DNA of 64,000 nt, taken from assembly GCA_009843865.1 (NCBI GenBank), contig VYCQ01000035.1, positions 27,978-91,977 of the forward strand, given 5' to 3'. Positions 28,610 through 41,051 of the stretch are shown here, in pieces. Positions within the stretch are counted from its first letter, which is position 1; every line of letters begins with the position of its first letter. This stretch comes from Acidimicrobiia bacterium. Lineage in GTDB: Bacteria > Actinomycetota > Acidimicrobiia > Acidimicrobiales > Bin134. The position numbers and the translations under genes are program-made. The notes under the pieces were generated by a model. It had not been told where the DNA came from and did no database searches. It was given only the letters and a program-made list of their open reading frames with translations.

Positions 28610-31600
28610 CTATGTGGCTAACGACCCAATCGGCAACACATCAGCACCCTCAGTGCCATCTTTGGGTGACCAATCAGCAAACTGTTGAGCTAGGTCAACA
28701 TCCTCATCACCAGAAGTGTAGAACTCCATTGGGGTGTACTCAGGAGCATGAGTGGCAATGTCGCGGTACATCTCCATACCAGTGCCCGCTGGTATCAGCT
28801 TACCGATAATGATGTTCTCTTTAAGACCAATCAAACCATCTTGACGAGATTCAATAGCAGCCTCAGTTAAAACCCGCGTTGTCTCTTGAAAGGATGCGGC
28901 CGACAACCAAGAATCAGTAGCCAACGAGGCTTTAGTAATGCCCATTAACTCGGGACGTCCCTCCGCAGGTCTCTTACCTTCTTGAGCCAGCGCACGGTTG
29001 ACATTGGTAAAGGTCTGTGAATCAACCCGTTCACCTGGCAAAAAATCAGAATCACCTGGCTCTTGGATGGCCACACGACGAGTCATCTGACGCACGATCA
29101 GCTCAATGTGCTTATCGTGAATGGACACACCTTGGTCGCGATAAACCCGCTGCACCTCATCTACTAAATATTGCTGGGTCTCGCGCACCCCACGAATCTC
29201 CAACAACTCTTTGGGATCAAGAGGGCCATCAGCCTGTGCGACCGGATCACCAGCGGAGATCTCTTGGCCTTCGCTTACCGCCAGCCTCCAGGCTGGATCT
29301 ATCAACACCGACCACTCCGAGTCGTCATCGCCTAACACCAGCAAACGGCTAGCCCTACCGTCTTCTTCTTCAATACGCACGACACCAGAAATAGGGGTTA
29401 GCTCAGCCTTACCCTTGGGAGTGCGAGCTTCAAAAAGCTCCACAACCCGTGGCAAACCACCAGCAATATCTTTGCCAGCCACACCACCGGTATGGAATGT
29501 GCGCATGGTGAGCTGCGTACCGGGTTCACCGATAGATTGAGCAGCAATCACACCTACCGCCTCACCCACTTCAATAGGCTGGCCGGTTGCCAAAGACATG
29601 CCATAAGAGGCCCGACTAATGCCCACTTCAGAATCATCGGTAAGCGGCGACAATACCCGCACGCGATTCACCTGCGGATCGTCGCGCAACAACACCATCT
29701 CTTCATCACCCACCACGCTACCTTTGGCTAAAACCATGCCATCGCTTAGCATTACATCCTCAGCTAAGGTACGGCTGAACAGCCTAGTCTCAAGGTAAGA
29801 ACGCTTCCCTGGCTCATCAGCTATGACATCTTCAATCCAAATGCCTCGCACAGAGCCACCGCTCTCAAAAGGATCCCGATCGTTGATAATCACCTCTTGG
29901 GATACATCCACCAAACGTCGGGTGAGATAGCCGGAGTCGGCTGTGCGCAAAGCTGTGTCCACAAGACCTTTGCGCGCTCCGGGAGTAGCAATGAAGTACT
30001 CCAACATCGCTAAACCCTCACGAAAGTTGCTCTTGATGGGACGAGGAATCATGTCACCACGAGGATTGGCCACCAGCCCACGCATGCCAGCAATCTGACG
30101 CACCTGCATCATGTTGCCCCTCGCGCCAGAACCCACCATCATATCAATAGAGTTAAACTGCTCTGACTTAAGCACCGCTTCCATACGTTGACGCACCATC
30201 TCGGTTGCCTCAGTCCAAATCTCCACTTCCTTTTGGCGACGCTCTCCATCAGTGATAATCCCCCGACGGAACTGGTTCTCTACCTTCTCGGCTTCCTTCT
30301 CATAGCGGTCCAAGATGGCCTGTTTATCGGAGGGCACCTTCACATCATCCACCGACACGGTAAGACCCGAACGGCTGGCAAACGCAAAAGTGAGGTTCTT
30401 GAGCTCATCTAGGCTACGAGCAACAACCTCTTTGCTGTAGTTCTGGGCTAGGCGATCCACGATGGTGGTGATATCCCGCTTAGTTGCCACCCGATTCACA
30501 TAAGGGAAGTCCTCGGGCAGCGTGCTGTTGAACAACACCCTTCCCACCGTTGTTGGGTGGTATACCGCGGCCTCGCCGTTAGCAGGAGCTGCTAGCAGCA
30601 CTGGGGTGCGATATTCAATACGAGCATGTAAATCCACCTCGTTGGCTTCATAAGCTCGTTCGATCTGATGGCGATGCCGGAAGATCCGCCCTTCGCCCTG
30701 AGCACCCTCAATCTCTTCGGTGAGGTAGTAGGCCCCAATAATCATATCTTGACTAGGGGTTACTAAAGGTCGCCCATGCGCAGGGCTCAAGACGTTGTTA
30801 GCCGACAACATAAGCACCCTAGCTTCGGCCTGAGCTTGGGCCGACAAAGGTAGATGTACCGCCATCTGATCACCGTCAAAATCAGCATTAAACGCGGTAC
30901 ACACTAACGGATGAATCTGTATGGCCTTACCTTCCACCAATACCGGTTCGAAAGCCTGAATGCCTAAACGATGCAATGTGGGAGCCCTGTTCAACAACAC
31001 CGGATGCTCTTGAATCACCTCGTCAAGCACATCCCAAACCTGTGGGCGACGACGCTCCACCATGCGCTTAGCTGATTTGATGTTCTGAGCTAGATCCTCT
31101 TGCACCAACTTCTTCATCACAAAGGGCTTAAACAACTCCAGCGCCATCAGTTTGGGCAGCCCGCACTGATGCAGCTTTAAGGTGGGGCCTATCACAATCA
31201 CCGAACGGCCCGAATAATCCACCCGCTTGCCCAGTAGATTCTGACGAAACCGCCCCTGCTTACCCTTCAACATGTCCGACAAAGACTTCAAAGGCCGGTT
31301 ACCGGGCCCCGAAACCGGTCGACCACGCCGACCATTATCAAACAGAGCATCCACCGCCTCTTGCAACATACGCTTTTCGTTGTTGACGATGATCTCAGGA
31401 GCATCTAGATCTAACAGCCGCTTAAGACGATTGTTGCGATTGATGACGCGGCGATATAAATCGTTTAGATCAGAGGTGGCAAATCGCCCACCATCAAGCT
31501 GCACCATCGGCCGCAACTCTGGCGGGATAACGGGAACAGAATCCAAAATCATAGCCCGCGGATCATTCACCCTCCGCCCGTGCTGATCTCTACGATTAAA

Positions 31601-32536
31601 CGCAGAGACGATCTTCAGACGCTTGATAGCTTTTTGCTCGCGTTGTTGCGAAAGCCTCTTTTGCCCTTTGGAGGGGTCGAGCTGCTCACGTAGCTTGCGC
31701 TCTTCTTCGTCTAAGTCCACACTATCAATCAACGCGGCTATAACCGAAGCACCCATACCACCGCTAAACATATGACCGTAGCGATCCTGCATCTCACGCC
31801 ACAGCTCTTCGTCTTCTACGATCATGCGACGATGTAACTTGGAGAACTCCTCAAAGGCGCGCTCTACCATCTCGATCTCTGCTTCAGCCTCCTCTTCAAG
31901 GCTCACTATGTCTTTCTCTGCAGCTTTTTGCCTACGATCTACATCCCTTGAACCGACAGCCTCGGCCTCGGCCAATTCCGTCTCAAGCTCTGCTAAACGT
32001 TCCTGCTTACCCTGCTCTAACTCATCGCGAATGGCTTGCACCTCTTCGTGCATTTCTCGCTCAAGCGCAGGAAGATGCTTGTGACGCTCTTCTTCATCAA
32101 CCTCAGTCACCAGATAAGCAGCAAAGTAGATCACCTTCTCAAGCTGCTTGGCCTTCAGCTCCTCTTTTGGTTCAGTACCCATCAGCAAATAAGCCAGCCA
32201 CGATCTAGTGCCCCGCAGATACCAAATATGTACCGCTGGAGCAGCTAGCTCAATGTGACCCATGCGATCACGGCGTACCGTAGAACGGGTTACCTCCACA
32301 CCACAGCGCTCGCAGATGATGCCCTTGAAACGAATGCGCTTGTACTTACCGCAGTAGCACTCCCAATCTTTAGTGGGGCCAAAGATTTTCTCGCAGAACA
32401 AGCCATCTTTTTCAGGGCGCAGTGTGCGATAGTTAATGGTTTCGGGCTTCTTTACCTCACCGTTAGACCAGGTTCTAATGGCATCAGCAGTTGCTAACCC
32501 GATGGATAGTTGGTCGAAAGCATTTACGTCCAACAT
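28610..32536 (-). CDS. rpoC: DNA-directed RNA polymerase subunit beta'
   Basis: 1308-aa ORF with the catalytic '[12 protein letters not shown]' motif and the N-terminal zinc motif '[20 protein letters not shown]'. Confidence 0.98.
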   Translation of the reverse strand: MLDVNAFDQLSIGLATADAIRTWSNGEVKKPETINYRTLRPEKDGLFCEKIFGPTKDWECYCGKYKRIRFKGIICERCGVEVTRSTVRRDRMGHIELAAPAVHIWYLRGTRSWLAYLLMGTEPKEELKAKQLEKVIYFAAYLVTEVDEEERHKHLPALEREMHEEVQAIRDELEQGKQERLAELETELAEAEAVGSRDVDRRQKAAEKDIVSLEEEAEAEIEMVERAFEEFSKLHRRMIVEDEELWREMQDRYGHMFSGGMGASVIAALIDSVDLDEEERKLREQLDPSKGQKRLSQQREQKAIKRLKIVSAFNRRDQHGRRVNDPRAMILDSVPVIPPELRPMVQLDGGRFATSDLNDLYRRVINRNNRLKRLLDLDAPEIIVNNEKRMLQEAVDALFDNGRRGRPVSGPGNRPLKSLSDMLKGKQGRFRQNLLGKRVDYSGRSVIVIGPTLKLHQCGLPKLMALELFKPFVMKKLVQEDLAQNIKSAKRMVERRRPQVWDVLDEVIQEHPVLLNRAPTLHRLGIQAFEPVLVEGKAIQIHPLVCTAFNADFDGDQMAVHLPLSAQAQAEARVLMLSANNVLSPAHGRPLVTPSQDMIIGAYYLTEEIEGAQGEGRIFRHRHQIERAYEANEVDLHARIEYRTPVLLAAPANGEAAVYHPTTVGRVLFNSTLPEDFPYVNRVATKRDITTIVDRLAQNYSKEVVARSLDELKNLTFAFASRSGLTVSVDDVKVPSDKQAILDRYEKEAEKVENQFRRGIITDGERRQKEVEIWTEATEMVRQRMEAVLKSEQFNSIDMMVGSGARGNMMQVRQIAGMRGLVANPRGDMIPRPIKSNFREGLAMLEYFIATPGARKGLVDTALRTADSGYLTRRLVDVSQEVIINDRDPFESGGSVRGIWIEDVIADEPGKRSYLETRLFSRTLAEDVMLSDGMVLAKGSVVGDEEMVLLRDDPQVNRVRVLSPLTDDSEVGISRASYGMSLATGQPIEVGEAVGVIAAQSIGEPGTQLTMRTFHTGGVAGKDIAGGLPRVVELFEARTPKGKAELTPISGVVRIEEEDGRASRLLVLGDDDSEWSVLIDPAWRLAVSEGQEISAGDPVAQADGPLDPKELLEIRGVRETQQYLVDEVQRVYRDQGVSIHDKHIELIVRQMTRRVAIQEPGDSDFLPGERVDSQTFTNVNRALAQEGKRPAEGRPELMGITKASLATDSWLSAASFQETTRVLTEAAIESRQDGLIGLKENIIIGKLIPAGTGMEMYRDIATHAPEYTPMEFYTSGDEDVDLAQQFADWSPKDGTEGADVLPIGSLAT

Positions 32537-35500
32537 TTAGAAGGTCCTCCCCACCATGCGGCGATCCACATCGTCATTATCAGATCCTCTCTCGGGGCGA
32601 GATATATCAATGCCTAACTCTTCAGAAGTACGAAAAGCATCATCATCTAGCTCGGTGATATTCATCTGTTGGCCAGCCGTATCACACACTTCCACGTTCA
32701 AACACAATGCCTGCATCTCTTTTATAAGCACTTTGAAGCTCTCGGGCATACCCGGTTCAGGGATATTTTCGCCCTTCACGATGGCCTCATATACCCTCAC
32801 GCGACCGACCACATCGTCAGACTTGATCGTAAGAAGCTCTTGGAGACAATAGGCAGCTCCATAAGCTTCTAAAGCCCAAACCTCCATCTCCCCGAAACGC
32901 TGCCCACCAAACTGGGCCTTGCCACCCAAGGGCTGCTGCGTGATCATTGAGTAGGGGCCAGTAGAGCGAGCGTGAATCTTGTCATCCACCAAATGGGCCA
33001 GCTTGAGCATATACATATAGCCAACCATGATGCGGTTGTCGTAGGGCTCTCCTGTGCGTCCATTATATAAAACAGCCTTGCCGTCGGCACCTATAAGACG
33101 CTCACCATCAACACTCTCGGGCTTAATGTGTTCCAACAGTTGCTGGATGGTGGGATGATTACCAGCACGGGCTGTCTCGTCCCAGTTCGCACCATCAAAC
33201 ACAGGTGTGGCCACCAAAGTAGATGGCTGGGTTTTAGGACGGGTCTTACGACCTACGCCGCGATCGGGATCACTCCCTACCGAGCCATTAACCTCCCAAC
33301 CCCAACGAGCGGCATAACCCAAATGAGCTTCTAACACCTGCCCCACGTTCATACGCGACGGCACTCCCAACGGGTTCAAAATAATATCCACGGGCGTACC
33401 ATCAGCCAGATAAGGCATGTCCTCCATCGGCAGAATCTTGGAGATAACCCCCTTATTGCCGTGACGCCCAGCCAGCTTGTCGCCCACAGAAATCTTGCGC
33501 TTTTGAGCAACGTAAACCCGCACTAACTGATTCACGCCCGGCGGCAACTCATCTCCGTAGAAGCGGTTGAACTTCTTGACATCAATAACCTTGCCGGTCT
33601 CACCATGGGGAACCTTGAGGCTGGTATCACGCACCTCACGGGCCTTCTCCCCAAAAATAGCTCGCAGCAAACGCTCTTCAGGGGTCAACTCGGTCTCACC
33701 CTTTGGGGTGACCTTGCCCACCAGAACATCACCGGGGCCTACTTCAGCACCAGGGCGGATAATGCCCTCCTCATCTAGATCGGCCAGAATCTCTTCTGAC
33801 AGATTCGGGATGTCTCTGGTTATCTCTTCGGCACCCAACTTGGTGTCACGAGCATCAACCTCGTGCTCATGAATATGAATAGAGGTAAGCACATCGTCGC
33901 GCACCAACCTATCGCTCAAGATGATGGCGTCTTCAAAGTTGTAGCCCTCCCAAGCCATAAAGGCCACCAGCAAATTCTTGCCTAGGGCCAGTTCGCCGGT
34001 ATCCGTAGAAGGGCCATCCACCAAAATGTCACCCTCACCAAACAAGTCGCCACGTTGCACAAGCGACTTCTGGTTAATGCTGGTGTCTTGATTAGACCTC
34101 TCAAACTTCATCAGCTTGTAGGTGGTCTTACCAGCATCGTTGTAGTCCACCGTAACGGAATCGCCAGCTACATCAATTACGGTACCGCTCTCTTTGGCAA
34201 TGATCACGTCAGCAGCATCACGAGCTGCCTTTGCCTCTATACCGGTTCCTACGTAGGGAGCTTCAGGCCGTACCAAAGGCACCGCCTGACGCTGCATGTT
34301 GGCACCCATCAAAGCACGGTTAGCATCATCGTGTTCCAAGAAGGGAATGAGGGCAGTAGCCACAGAAACAATTTGCTTAGGTGACACATCCATAAGCTGC
34401 ACTTCATCAGGCGGGACAGAGGAGATCTCGGTAGTAGCACCGAAAAACACCTCCTGTTCCAGCTGAGCTTGTAAGCCATGCATAGTGGCTGCCTGAGGTG
34501 AACGACGCACTAGCACACGATCGTTCACAAATCTGTTATCAGCGTCTAGAGGAGCGTTGGCCTGAGCCACCACGTACTCCTCCTCATCATCAGCAGCTAG
34601 CCAAATAATCTGATTTGTGACCTGCCCATCAATCACCTGGCGGTACGGCGACTCAATGAAACCGAACTCGTTGACTCGTCCATAGGAAGCCAACGCTCCA
34701 ATTAGCCCAATGTTGGGGCCTTCGGGGGTTTCAATAGGACACATCCGCCCGTAATGAGAGAAGTGTACGTCTCGTACCTCAAAGCCAGCCCGTTCACGCG
34801 AAAGCCCTCCGGGGCCTAACGCGGACAAACGACGGCGATGGGTCAGACCCGACAAGGGGTTCACCTGGTCCATAAACTGCGAGAGTTGACTGGTGCCAAA
34901 AAACTCCTTAATGGCCGCCGATACCGGACGGCTGTTAATCAGCGATGTCGGAGTAATGGCCTCCACATCTTGAGTGGTCATGCGCTCACGCACCACCCTC
35001 TCCATGCGCGAGAGGCCAACCCGCACCTGATTCTGAATCAGCTCACCCACCGAGCGAATGCGACGATTAGCGAAGTGGTCTTGGTCATCTAAACGGTAGC
35101 CGGGTTCAAACTTCATCAAGTGCAACAAATAGGTGCAAGTAGCTAAAACCTCAGAAGGCGACAGCACTGGCTGATCCGACTCAGGCCGCTCAAGCTCTAA
35201 ACCAAAAAGCTCTTCAACCCGATCCAATTCAGGACCAAGTTTGCGATCTAGCTTGTAACGACCCACCCGTGACAAGTCATAACGTCGGTTATCAAAAAAA
35301 GCATTGGTGAAGTACTTGTCTGCTGCGTCCAAGGTCTGCGGCTCACCCGGACGGGCCCGCTTGTAAATCTCAAGCAACGCTTCTTGACGAGTGACATGCT
35401 GATGTTTGTCGGTTTCCCACTGTTCAGCCAAGAAATCAAAATGCCCAACGAAGCGATCCAAAAACCCTGGAGAACCTTCTTCGTCATAACCCAAAGCCCT

Positions 35501-36157
35501 CAAAAGCGTAAAAAGGCTCATACGACGCTTGCGTGCTACCCGCGCTCCCGCGGTGGGGTTACGTCCAGGCTTATGCTCCACATCAAACTCAATCCACTCA
35601 CCTCGATAAGGATGGATGGTGCCAGTAACTAGCTGGTGCTTGCTTAGATTCCGCAGCCGAAAGCGCTCACCCGGCTGGAATATCACACCCGGCGAACGCA
35701 CCAACTGCGACACCACCACCCGCTCAGTGCCGTTGACGATAAAAGTGCCCTTGTCGGTCATCACCGGAAAATCACCCAGAAAAACAATCTGTTCAATGAT
35801 CTCCCCGGTGGTTCGATTGGAAAAACGCGCCCGCACCAAAATAGGTGCCGAGTACGTCATATCCTTCTCTTTGCACTCCTCTACTGAAGTGCCAAAGCGT
35901 GGGCCAGGGTTTAAATCTTCATCTTCGGGATCAAACTCCAACTCCAGTTGCAAGTTTTCCGAAAAATCCTTGATAGGACTGATATCCCGAAAAATGTCAG
36001 CTAGACCTTGGCGCATGAACCAGTCAAATGAATTCTTTTGCACCGCAAGAAGGTCGGGAAGGGGTAACACCTCCTCCAGATTTCCGAAGGAGTAGCGGTC
36101 GCGGGTCGCCAAGCGGGGGGCCAAGGTGAACTCCTGAGAAGGTATGGTTGTGGACAA
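32537..36157 (-). CDS. rpoB: DNA-directed RNA polymerase subunit beta
   Basis: 1206-aa ORF with conserved beta blocks ('[32 protein letters not shown]', 'GRHGNKGV', '[19 protein letters not shown]'). Its stop codon directly abuts the rpoC ATG. The exact start is uncertain. Confidence 0.97.
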   Translation of the reverse strand: MSTTIPSQEFTLAPRLATRDRYSFGNLEEVLPLPDLLAVQKNSFDWFMRQGLADIFRDISPIKDFSENLQLELEFDPEDEDLNPGPRFGTSVEECKEKDMTYSAPILVRARFSNRTTGEIIEQIVFLGDFPVMTDKGTFIVNGTERVVVSQLVRSPGVIFQPGERFRLRNLSKHQLVTGTIHPYRGEWIEFDVEHKPGRNPTAGARVARKRRMSLFTLLRALGYDEEGSPGFLDRFVGHFDFLAEQWETDKHQHVTRQEALLEIYKRARPGEPQTLDAADKYFTNAFFDNRRYDLSRVGRYKLDRKLGPELDRVEELFGLELERPESDQPVLSPSEVLATCTYLLHLMKFEPGYRLDDQDHFANRRIRSVGELIQNQVRVGLSRMERVVRERMTTQDVEAITPTSLINSRPVSAAIKEFFGTSQLSQFMDQVNPLSGLTHRRRLSALGPGGLSRERAGFEVRDVHFSHYGRMCPIETPEGPNIGLIGALASYGRVNEFGFIESPYRQVIDGQVTNQIIWLAADDEEEYVVAQANAPLDADNRFVNDRVLVRRSPQAATMHGLQAQLEQEVFFGATTEISSVPPDEVQLMDVSPKQIVSVATALIPFLEHDDANRALMGANMQRQAVPLVRPEAPYVGTGIEAKAARDAADVIIAKESGTVIDVAGDSVTVDYNDAGKTTYKLMKFERSNQDTSINQKSLVQRGDLFGEGDILVDGPSTDTGELALGKNLLVAFMAWEGYNFEDAIILSDRLVRDDVLTSIHIHEHEVDARDTKLGAEEITRDIPNLSEEILADLDEEGIIRPGAEVGPGDVLVGKVTPKGETELTPEERLLRAIFGEKAREVRDTSLKVPHGETGKVIDVKKFNRFYGDELPPGVNQLVRVYVAQKRKISVGDKLAGRHGNKGVISKILPMEDMPYLADGTPVDIILNPLGVPSRMNVGQVLEAHLGYAARWGWEVNGSVGSDPDRGVGRKTRPKTQPSTLVATPVFDGANWDETARAGNHPTIQQLLEHIKPESVDGERLIGADGKAVLYNGRTGEPYDNRIMVGYMYMLKLAHLVDDKIHARSTGPYSMITQQPLGGKAQFGGQRFGEMEVWALEAYGAAYCLQELLTIKSDDVVGRVRVYEAIVKGENIPEPGMPESFKVLIKEMQALCLNVEVCDTAGQQMNITELDDDAFRTSEELGIDISRPERGSDNDDVDRRMVGRTF

Positions 36158-36286
36158 GCAACACTGCTAAAATGCCTAAATCACTAAAAGCTAGTGGGAC
36201 AATAAGCCCCGCAAACACGGTCATACCAAACAAAATGGCAAGACCAGAGACACAGGCAAGCGCGTATATATAACATACTACGCGCT

Positions 36287-36308
36287 ACGGCTTGATTTGC
36301 CAAGCCGT
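36287..36308 (-). promoter_or_regulatory. Perfect 8-bp stem-loop in the rplL-rpoB intergenic region (attenuator-like)
   Basis: ACGGCTTG-(6 nt)-CAAGCCGT. The location corresponds to the classic rplL-rpoB attenuator position in other bacteria. No clean U-tract follows on the coding strand. Confidence 0.35.
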
Positions 36309-36360
36309 ACCTAGCAAGATTTTTATAAACTGCTTATTATAGCTGTTTATGTAGGTTTCA

Positions 36361-36756
36361 CTACTTTAGTTCTACCGTACCGCCAGCGGCTTCAATAAGT
36401 TCTTTGGCTTTTTCGGCATCTTCTTTAGAAGCCTTCTCCAGTACTGGCTGAGGAGCGTTGTCCACCAGCTCTTTAGCGTCCTTCAGACCCAAGTTAGTAA
36501 GAGTACGCACCTCTTTAATGACCTGAATCTTCTTGTCACCGGCATCAGCTAGGATCACATCAAACTCAGATTGCTCTTCGCTCGCATCACTGGCCCCACT
36601 TGCATCACCACCAGGAGCTACAGCAACCAGAGGCATAGCTGCTGCCGGGGCTACTGCCTCCACGTTAAAGCGCTCCTTGAAAGCTTCCTTGAGCTCTGAC
36701 AACTCAAGCACGGTCATTGCCCCGATGGAATCGAGTACTTCGTCTACCTTAGACAT
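36361..36756 (-). CDS. rplL: 50S ribosomal protein L7/L12
   Basis: 131-aa ORF with an Ala-rich hinge and the C-terminal domain '[24 protein letters not shown]'. Confidence 0.97.
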   Translation of the reverse strand: MSKVDEVLDSIGAMTVLELSELKEAFKERFNVEAVAPAAAMPLVAVAPGGDASGASDASEEQSEFDVILADAGDKKIQVIKEVRTLTNLGLKDAKELVDNAPQPVLEKASKEDAEKAKELIEAAGGTVELK

Positions 36757-36786
36757 TTTAGTTCCTTACCTATTTAGGTTGATTGG

Positions 36787-37359
36787 TTATGTTTGTTTTT
36801 CGCTGAGCGATTCAACGAGCCCTGTCAGCTCCACCAACGGTGCTTCTAACAGGCTGGCCAACTCAGAAAGCGGTGCTTCTAACAGGCTGGCCAACTCGGA
36901 AAGCGGAGCCTCTAATAGCCCCACAATCTCCGATAAGATCTCTGTTCTAGTTCCCAACTGAGACAGGGTGACCACATCAGCGCTGCTCAGCACCTGTCCC
37001 TCTAGCACCCCTCCCTTGATAGACAAAAAATCGGAATCCTGAGCGAAATTGCAGAGAGCCTTGGCCAACGACACAGCATCTCCGGGAGTGCCATCGCCAA
37101 AGTCGCCAACAAAAGCCAGCGCGGTGGGGCCAACCAACACCTCATCCAAGTTCAACTGCAACTCGCGGGTTGCAAAACGAATTAGGGTGTTCTTGTAAAC
37201 CTTATAATCACCACCCACCTTGCGTAGCCGTTGACGTAGATCAGCCATCGCTAACACATCTAGACCTCGGTAATCGGTGATTACCACGGCCTCTGACGAG
37301 GAGATGCGCTCGCGCACTTCTTGCACGACGGCTACCTTCTCGCTACGCGGGTTCTTCAT
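36787..37359 (-). CDS. rplJ: 50S ribosomal protein L10
   Basis: The start is taken at 'MKNPRSEKVAVVQEVRERI...'. L10-family N-terminal domain. The C-terminal helix carries three 11-aa repeats, LLEAPLSELAS / LLEAPLSELAS / LLEAPLVELTG. Confidence 0.93.
   Translation of the reverse strand: MKNPRSEKVAVVQEVRERISSSEAVVITDYRGLDVLAMADLRQRLRKVGGDYKVYKNTLIRFATRELQLNLDEVLVGPTALAFVGDFGDGTPGDAVSLAKALCNFAQDSDFLSIKGGVLEGQVLSSADVVTLSQLGTRTEILSEIVGLLEAPLSELASLLEAPLSELASLLEAPLVELTGLVESLSEKQT
36838..36936. repeat. 33-bp in-frame tandem repeat inside the rplJ 3' end (two near-identical units plus one diverged unit)
   Basis: Units 36838-36870 and 36871-36903 differ at a single base (a/g). The third unit, 36904-36936, is clearly related but diverged. 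Confidence 0.9.
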
Positions 37360-37657
37360 GAGCCTTACGAGCCCTCTCTCGTGATCCCCACCTGCGCACA
37401 ACCCCTAAAGGATGCGATCCTAAAGAAGGTAAAAATGCAAACTGAGGTGCCGCCGATAGCAAACACCCCAAAGCTTCTTGGAAAGTTTACCTCGTCAGGC
37501 AGCTAAAGCATCAGTGACCCTATATCTAAATGGCTAGAGACTGAGTTATTAACAATTAAATGATACCAAGTGTTGCTAAACAAGCACTTAGTGCCACGCC
37601 TGAGGTCTGCGGCAATAATTCAATAATTCAATTGTAAGAAGAAATAATTATACCACC

Positions 37658-38359
37658 TCAGCGATTGACACCCAAGTCAGCTAAGTCCAATTTAACGCCA
37701 GGGCCCATCGTTGCAGAGATGGTGAGCTTGCGGAAATAACGGCCCTTCACCGCAGCTGGCCTAACGCGGCTCAGCTCATCTACCACTGCTGTGATATTGG
37801 ACACCAACGCATCGGCCTCAAAGCTAAGCTTGCCCACCGGCACATGCACATTACCCTGCCGGTCGGTGCGATATTCCACCCTGCCGCTTTTGAATTCGCT
37901 AACTGCTTTCGCCACATCGCTGGTTACCGTGCCAGTCTTAGGGTTGGGCATAAGACCACGCGGCCCCAGAACCCTACCCAACTTACCTACCATACCCATC
38001 ATGTCGGGCGTAGCAATGACCACGTCAAAATCCGTATTGCCAGCCTCGATCTGTTGAGCCAGATCATCCGCACCCACAACATCGGCACCTGCTTCACTCG
38101 CCTGCTGGGCTGCTTCCCCCTGAGCGAACACTGCAACACGCACCTCAGTACCAGTACCAGAAGGCAAGCTAACGGTACCCCGCAAAACCTGATCTGACTG
38201 ACGGGGATCCACCCCTAGCCGAGCAGCTAACTCAAGAGTCTCATCGAACTTGGCAGAGGCCAAGCTCTTAATCAACTCCACTCCGTTTTTGGCGGAATGC
38301 TGCTGCTGCTTGTCGTAACGCTGAACAGAATCGCTGTAGCGCTTTCCCTTTTGTGCCAT
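37658..38359 (-). CDS. rplA: 50S ribosomal protein L1
   Basis: 233-aa ORF with canonical L1 sequence ('[16 protein letters not shown]'). Confidence 0.97.
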   Translation of the reverse strand: MAQKGKRYSDSVQRYDKQQQHSAKNGVELIKSLASAKFDETLELAARLGVDPRQSDQVLRGTVSLPSGTGTEVRVAVFAQGEAAQQASEAGADVVGADDLAQQIEAGNTDFDVVIATPDMMGMVGKLGRVLGPRGLMPNPKTGTVTSDVAKAVSEFKSGRVEYRTDRQGNVHVPVGKLSFEADALVSNITAVVDELSRVRPAAVKGRYFRKLTISATMGPGVKLDLADLGVNR

Positions 38360-38371
38360 TGCAGACTCCCT

Positions 38372-38800
38372 CTAATCCACTGCAATGCCCATACTGCGGG
38401 CAGTTCCTGCAACCTGCAACTTGGCTTGCTCCAAATCATCGGTGTTCAGATCAGGCAACTTCACCTTAGCAATCTCAGCACATTGCTCTGTAGTGATGGT
38501 ACCCACTCCCTCTCGCCCTGGCTCAGTAGAGCCCTTTTCTAAACCTGCCGCCTCCCGAATCAGAAACGAGGTTGGCGGGGTCTTGGTTAGAAAAGAAAAC
38601 GATCGATCTTCATAGATAGTTACCTCCACAGGGATAACCTGACCGCGCTTATCCTCGGTCTTGGCGTTGTAATCTCGACAAAAATCCATGATGGCCACCC
38701 CATGAGGGCCTAACGCGGTACCTACAGGTGGCGCAGGAGTAGCTTGTCCGGCGGGTATCTGAATCTTGACAACAGCGAGAACGTTTTTGGGTGCCATCAA
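38372..38800 (-). CDS. rplK: 50S ribosomal protein L11
   Basis: 142-aa ORF with canonical L11 sequence ('[25 protein letters not shown]'). Confidence 0.97.
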   Translation of the reverse strand: MMAPKNVLAVVKIQIPAGQATPAPPVGTALGPHGVAIMDFCRDYNAKTEDKRGQVIPVEVTIYEDRSFSFLTKTPPTSFLIREAAGLEKGSTEPGREGVGTITTEQCAEIAKVKLPDLNTDDLEQAKLQVAGTARSMGIAVD

Positions 38801-38808
38801 TCTTCTCC

Positions 38809-39588
38809 TTACAATTTCGCTACTTGAGAGAACTCAAGTTCCACCGGAGTTTCCCGACCAAATATGTTAACCAAGACCTTCACCTTAAGTTGGTCCTCGT
38901 TAATCTCAGCCACCTCACCAGAAAAGTCGGCAAACGGGCCTTCTTTAACCCGGATGGTTTCGCCCACCTCGTAAAGCAGACGGGGCTTAGTGCGGCGCAA
39001 GATCTGCTCGCCATCGGATTTAACTTGCAAGAAGTTCTCAACATCCTTGCGCTTAAGAGGAGTTGGCTTTGCGCCTCGGCGACCCTGACCCACAAATCCA
39101 GTCACACCCGGGGTGTTACGAATCACATCCCAAGATGAATCATCCAAATCGGCTCGCACCAAAAGATAGCCGGGAAACATCTTCTTTTTAATAGCAACTT
39201 TCTTGCCACCCTTAAACTCCACAACATCTTCCATAGGAATCACCGTGTCGTGAATGGTGCTCTCTGCACCCATGGTCCGGCGGCGAGCCTCAATGTTTTG
39301 TTGGACCTTATTCTCATAGCCCGATTGGGTATGCACCACATACCACTTGCCGGGCATGTCAAACGGGCTGATAGTTGATTCAGCATCGGGATCTTGAGGC
39401 TTTTCGTAAACCAACTCGTCGGCAGCAATCACCTCAACCGTGTCGCTGCCACTCGGACCAGTAGGTAGCAGTGCAGCAGCAGCGGTAACCGCATCTACCG
39501 GTGCATCTTCGGATCCAACATCATCTGCTAGATCATCCGCTTGCACATTGCTACCATCAGAGTTTTTGGTAAGTAAGAAATCAGTCAT
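38809..39588 (-). CDS. nusG: Transcription termination/antitermination factor NusG
   Basis: 259-aa ORF with an acidic N-terminal extension, then the NGN domain ('[14 protein letters not shown]') and the KOW motif ('[18 protein letters not shown]'). Confidence 0.95.
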   Translation of the reverse strand: MTDFLLTKNSDGSNVQADDLADDVGSEDAPVDAVTAAAALLPTGPSGSDTVEVIAADELVYEKPQDPDAESTISPFDMPGKWYVVHTQSGYENKVQQNIEARRRTMGAESTIHDTVIPMEDVVEFKGGKKVAIKKKMFPGYLLVRADLDDSSWDVIRNTPGVTGFVGQGRRGAKPTPLKRKDVENFLQVKSDGEQILRRTKPRLLYEVGETIRVKEGPFADFSGEVAEINEDQLKVKVLVNIFGRETPVELEFSQVAKL

Positions 39589-39647
39589 CTCTGTTTCGCC
39601 TATCCCTGTAATTTTCTAGTCATCAGCACTCATAGTGTGCTCTACGC

Positions 39648-39953
39648 TCATCTATCAAACAACTTCAATATGGCTTCGCTAAAGCCCCAATCCAAGAGCC
39701 CAATAGCGGAGGTGAGCAACACCAAAACCACCAACACCACAATTGAGTAGTTGACCACCTCATCACGCCGTGGCCACGATACCTTGCGTAGCTCGCCTCG
39801 CACCTCACGCAAAAACTGTGTCGGCCCCACACGAGGTTCACCCGGACGAGGCTGCTCGCGGCCTTGACGACGCTCACGAACCGGCTCGCCTTCTTGATCC
39901 ACGAAGCCCTGTCTTTGGGCCATCCGCTTTTGTTGTCTGTTCAGATCGCTCAT
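39648..39953 (-). CDS. secE: Preprotein translocase subunit SecE
   Basis: Basic N-terminus followed by the conserved 'REVRGELRKVSWPRRDEV' and a single C-terminal TM helix. It lies between tRNA-Trp and nusG. The start is set at ATG 39953. Confidence 0.85.
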   Translation of the reverse strand: MSDLNRQQKRMAQRQGFVDQEGEPVRERRQGREQPRPGEPRVGPTQFLREVRGELRKVSWPRRDEVVNYSIVVLVVLVLLTSAIGLLDWGFSEAILKLFDR

Positions 39954-39999
39954 GAGATTGCTCCAACGCAACTTGCGCTTGGAAGGGGAACTGCTTACG

Positions 40000-40072
40000 C
40001 AGGGCAGGAGGGACTCGAACCCCCAACCGCCGGTTTTGGAGACCGGTGCTCTACCAATTGAGCCACTGCCCT
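40000..40072 (-). tRNA. tRNA-Trp (anticodon CCA)
   Basis: The reverse complement AGGGCAG-TG-GCTC-AATTGGTA-GAGC-A-CCGGT-CTCCAAA-ACCGG-CGGTT-GGGGG-TTCGAGT-CCCTC-CTGCCCT-G folds as a 73-nt cloverleaf. No CCA is encoded. Confidence 0.93.
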
Positions 40073-40152
40073 AAGTTAGGGGTTCTTCTAGGCTACAGTG
40101 CTTAGCTCTTCTATCGGCAATACAAAAACCTTTGTCATCCAGAAAACCAATC

Positions 40153-40356
40153 TCAGCTCCGGTTAACTCGTCGACGAGCAATCAGGGTCGCAGCAGCCAG
40201 ACTGGCCCCAGCCAACCACCGTTTCGCTAGACGCTGCCGCCGATCATACTGATCCAAACGACCCATAACCTTCCACACCAAGATGGGGTGTGCCTCCTCT
40301 GGAGAACGCTGAGCCGCGCGGCGGTTAACATCAGTACTAATAGCGCTAGAACTCAC
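40153..40356 (-). CDS. Small protein coupled to the ECF sigma factor (possible anti-sigma factor)
   Basis: 67-aa ORF with a 4-nt overlap with the sigma gene stop. It has one hydrophobic segment, 'WLAGASLAAATLIA'. No recognisable ZAS motif, so the function is inferred from position only. Confidence 0.4.
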   Translation of the reverse strand: MSSSAISTDVNRRAAQRSPEEAHPILVWKVMGRLDQYDRRQRLAKRWLAGASLAAATLIARRRVNRS

Positions 40357-40976
40357 GCAACCTCCTCTTCAGGATGCAGCACATCACGCAGACGCTGACG
40401 GGCACGATGCAGCCGCACCTTGGCTGCGGTAGTGGTGATGCCCAGCTCAGCGGCGATCTCACTATGAGTTAAATCATGCAGCCCTCGCAACACAACAACC
40501 TGACGCAACCGCTCAGGCAAAGCACGGATAGCTCGATCCACATGTTGCCGCAACACAGCAGCTTCAACTCGCAAGCAGGGATCTTGTTCTAGGCGCACAT
40601 CATGAACAGATGTGTCCTCGTGCAGCTCATCGGTGTAATGGCGCGAGCGACGACTCAGATGGGTAGAGGCACAGTTAATGGTGATGCGATACATCCACGT
40701 TGAGAAACTGGAATCCCCCCTAAAACGGCGAATGGCTCGATACGCCCGCACGTAAGCGTCCTGCACCACATCACTAGCATCCTCAGCATTTCGGGTAAGC
40801 CGATAGGCCAACGAATAAATATCGCGATAAGAAGCACGTACCAGATCATTAAACGCATCCCTATCCCCGTGCCTAGCGGCTGTCACCAACTCGACGCTTT
40901 TATCTACCGAATATTGGATGTCTGCCTGACCGTGAACCTGTACCCGATTGTGTCCCTGCGCAGCTTCGATACCCAA
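40353..40976 (-). CDS. ECF-type RNA polymerase sigma-70 family factor
   Basis: Region 2 'YRDIYSLAYRLTRNAEDASDVVQDAYVRAYRAIRRFRGDSSFSTWMYRITINCA' and region 4 HTH 'LTHSEIAAELGITTTAAKVRLHRARQRL'. The exact start is uncertain. Confidence 0.9.
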   Translation of the reverse strand: MGIEAAQGHNRVQVHGQADIQYSVDKSVELVTAARHGDRDAFNDLVRASYRDIYSLAYRLTRNAEDASDVVQDAYVRAYRAIRRFRGDSSFSTWMYRITINCASTHLSRRSRHYTDELHEDTSVHDVRLEQDPCLRVEAAVLRQHVDRAIRALPERLRQVVVLRGLHDLTHSEIAAELGITTTAAKVRLHRARQRLRDVLHPEEEVA

Positions 40977-41051
40977 ACACTACAGTCTGAACAACAAAAG
41001 ATGCCAACAAAATGCTTGCACCTCCCAAGACAAAAATAGATAGATGGACGG

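Noticed and set aside
35616-36095. 159-aa plus-strand ORF, together with many other 60-110-aa ORFs, antisense to rpoB, rpoC, fusA and tuf.
   Set aside because: They are embedded in unambiguous, highly conserved housekeeping genes on the opposite strand, and their sequences are low-complexity.
36838-36936. Tandem 33-bp repeats as a possible CRISPR or minisatellite locus.
   Set aside because: The units are directly adjacent with no spacers, are in frame, and lie inside rplJ. They encode the repeated L12-docking segments. No CRISPR-like repeat-spacer array exists anywhere in the window.
37360-37657. The ~300-nt untranslated region upstream of rplJ as an L10-leader regulatory RNA, and an imperfect hairpin around 37570-37595 as the rplA terminator.
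   Set aside because: The position makes this plausible, but I could not derive a convincing conserved fold or a clean stem plus U-tract by eye. It needs a covariance-model search (Rfam L10_leader).
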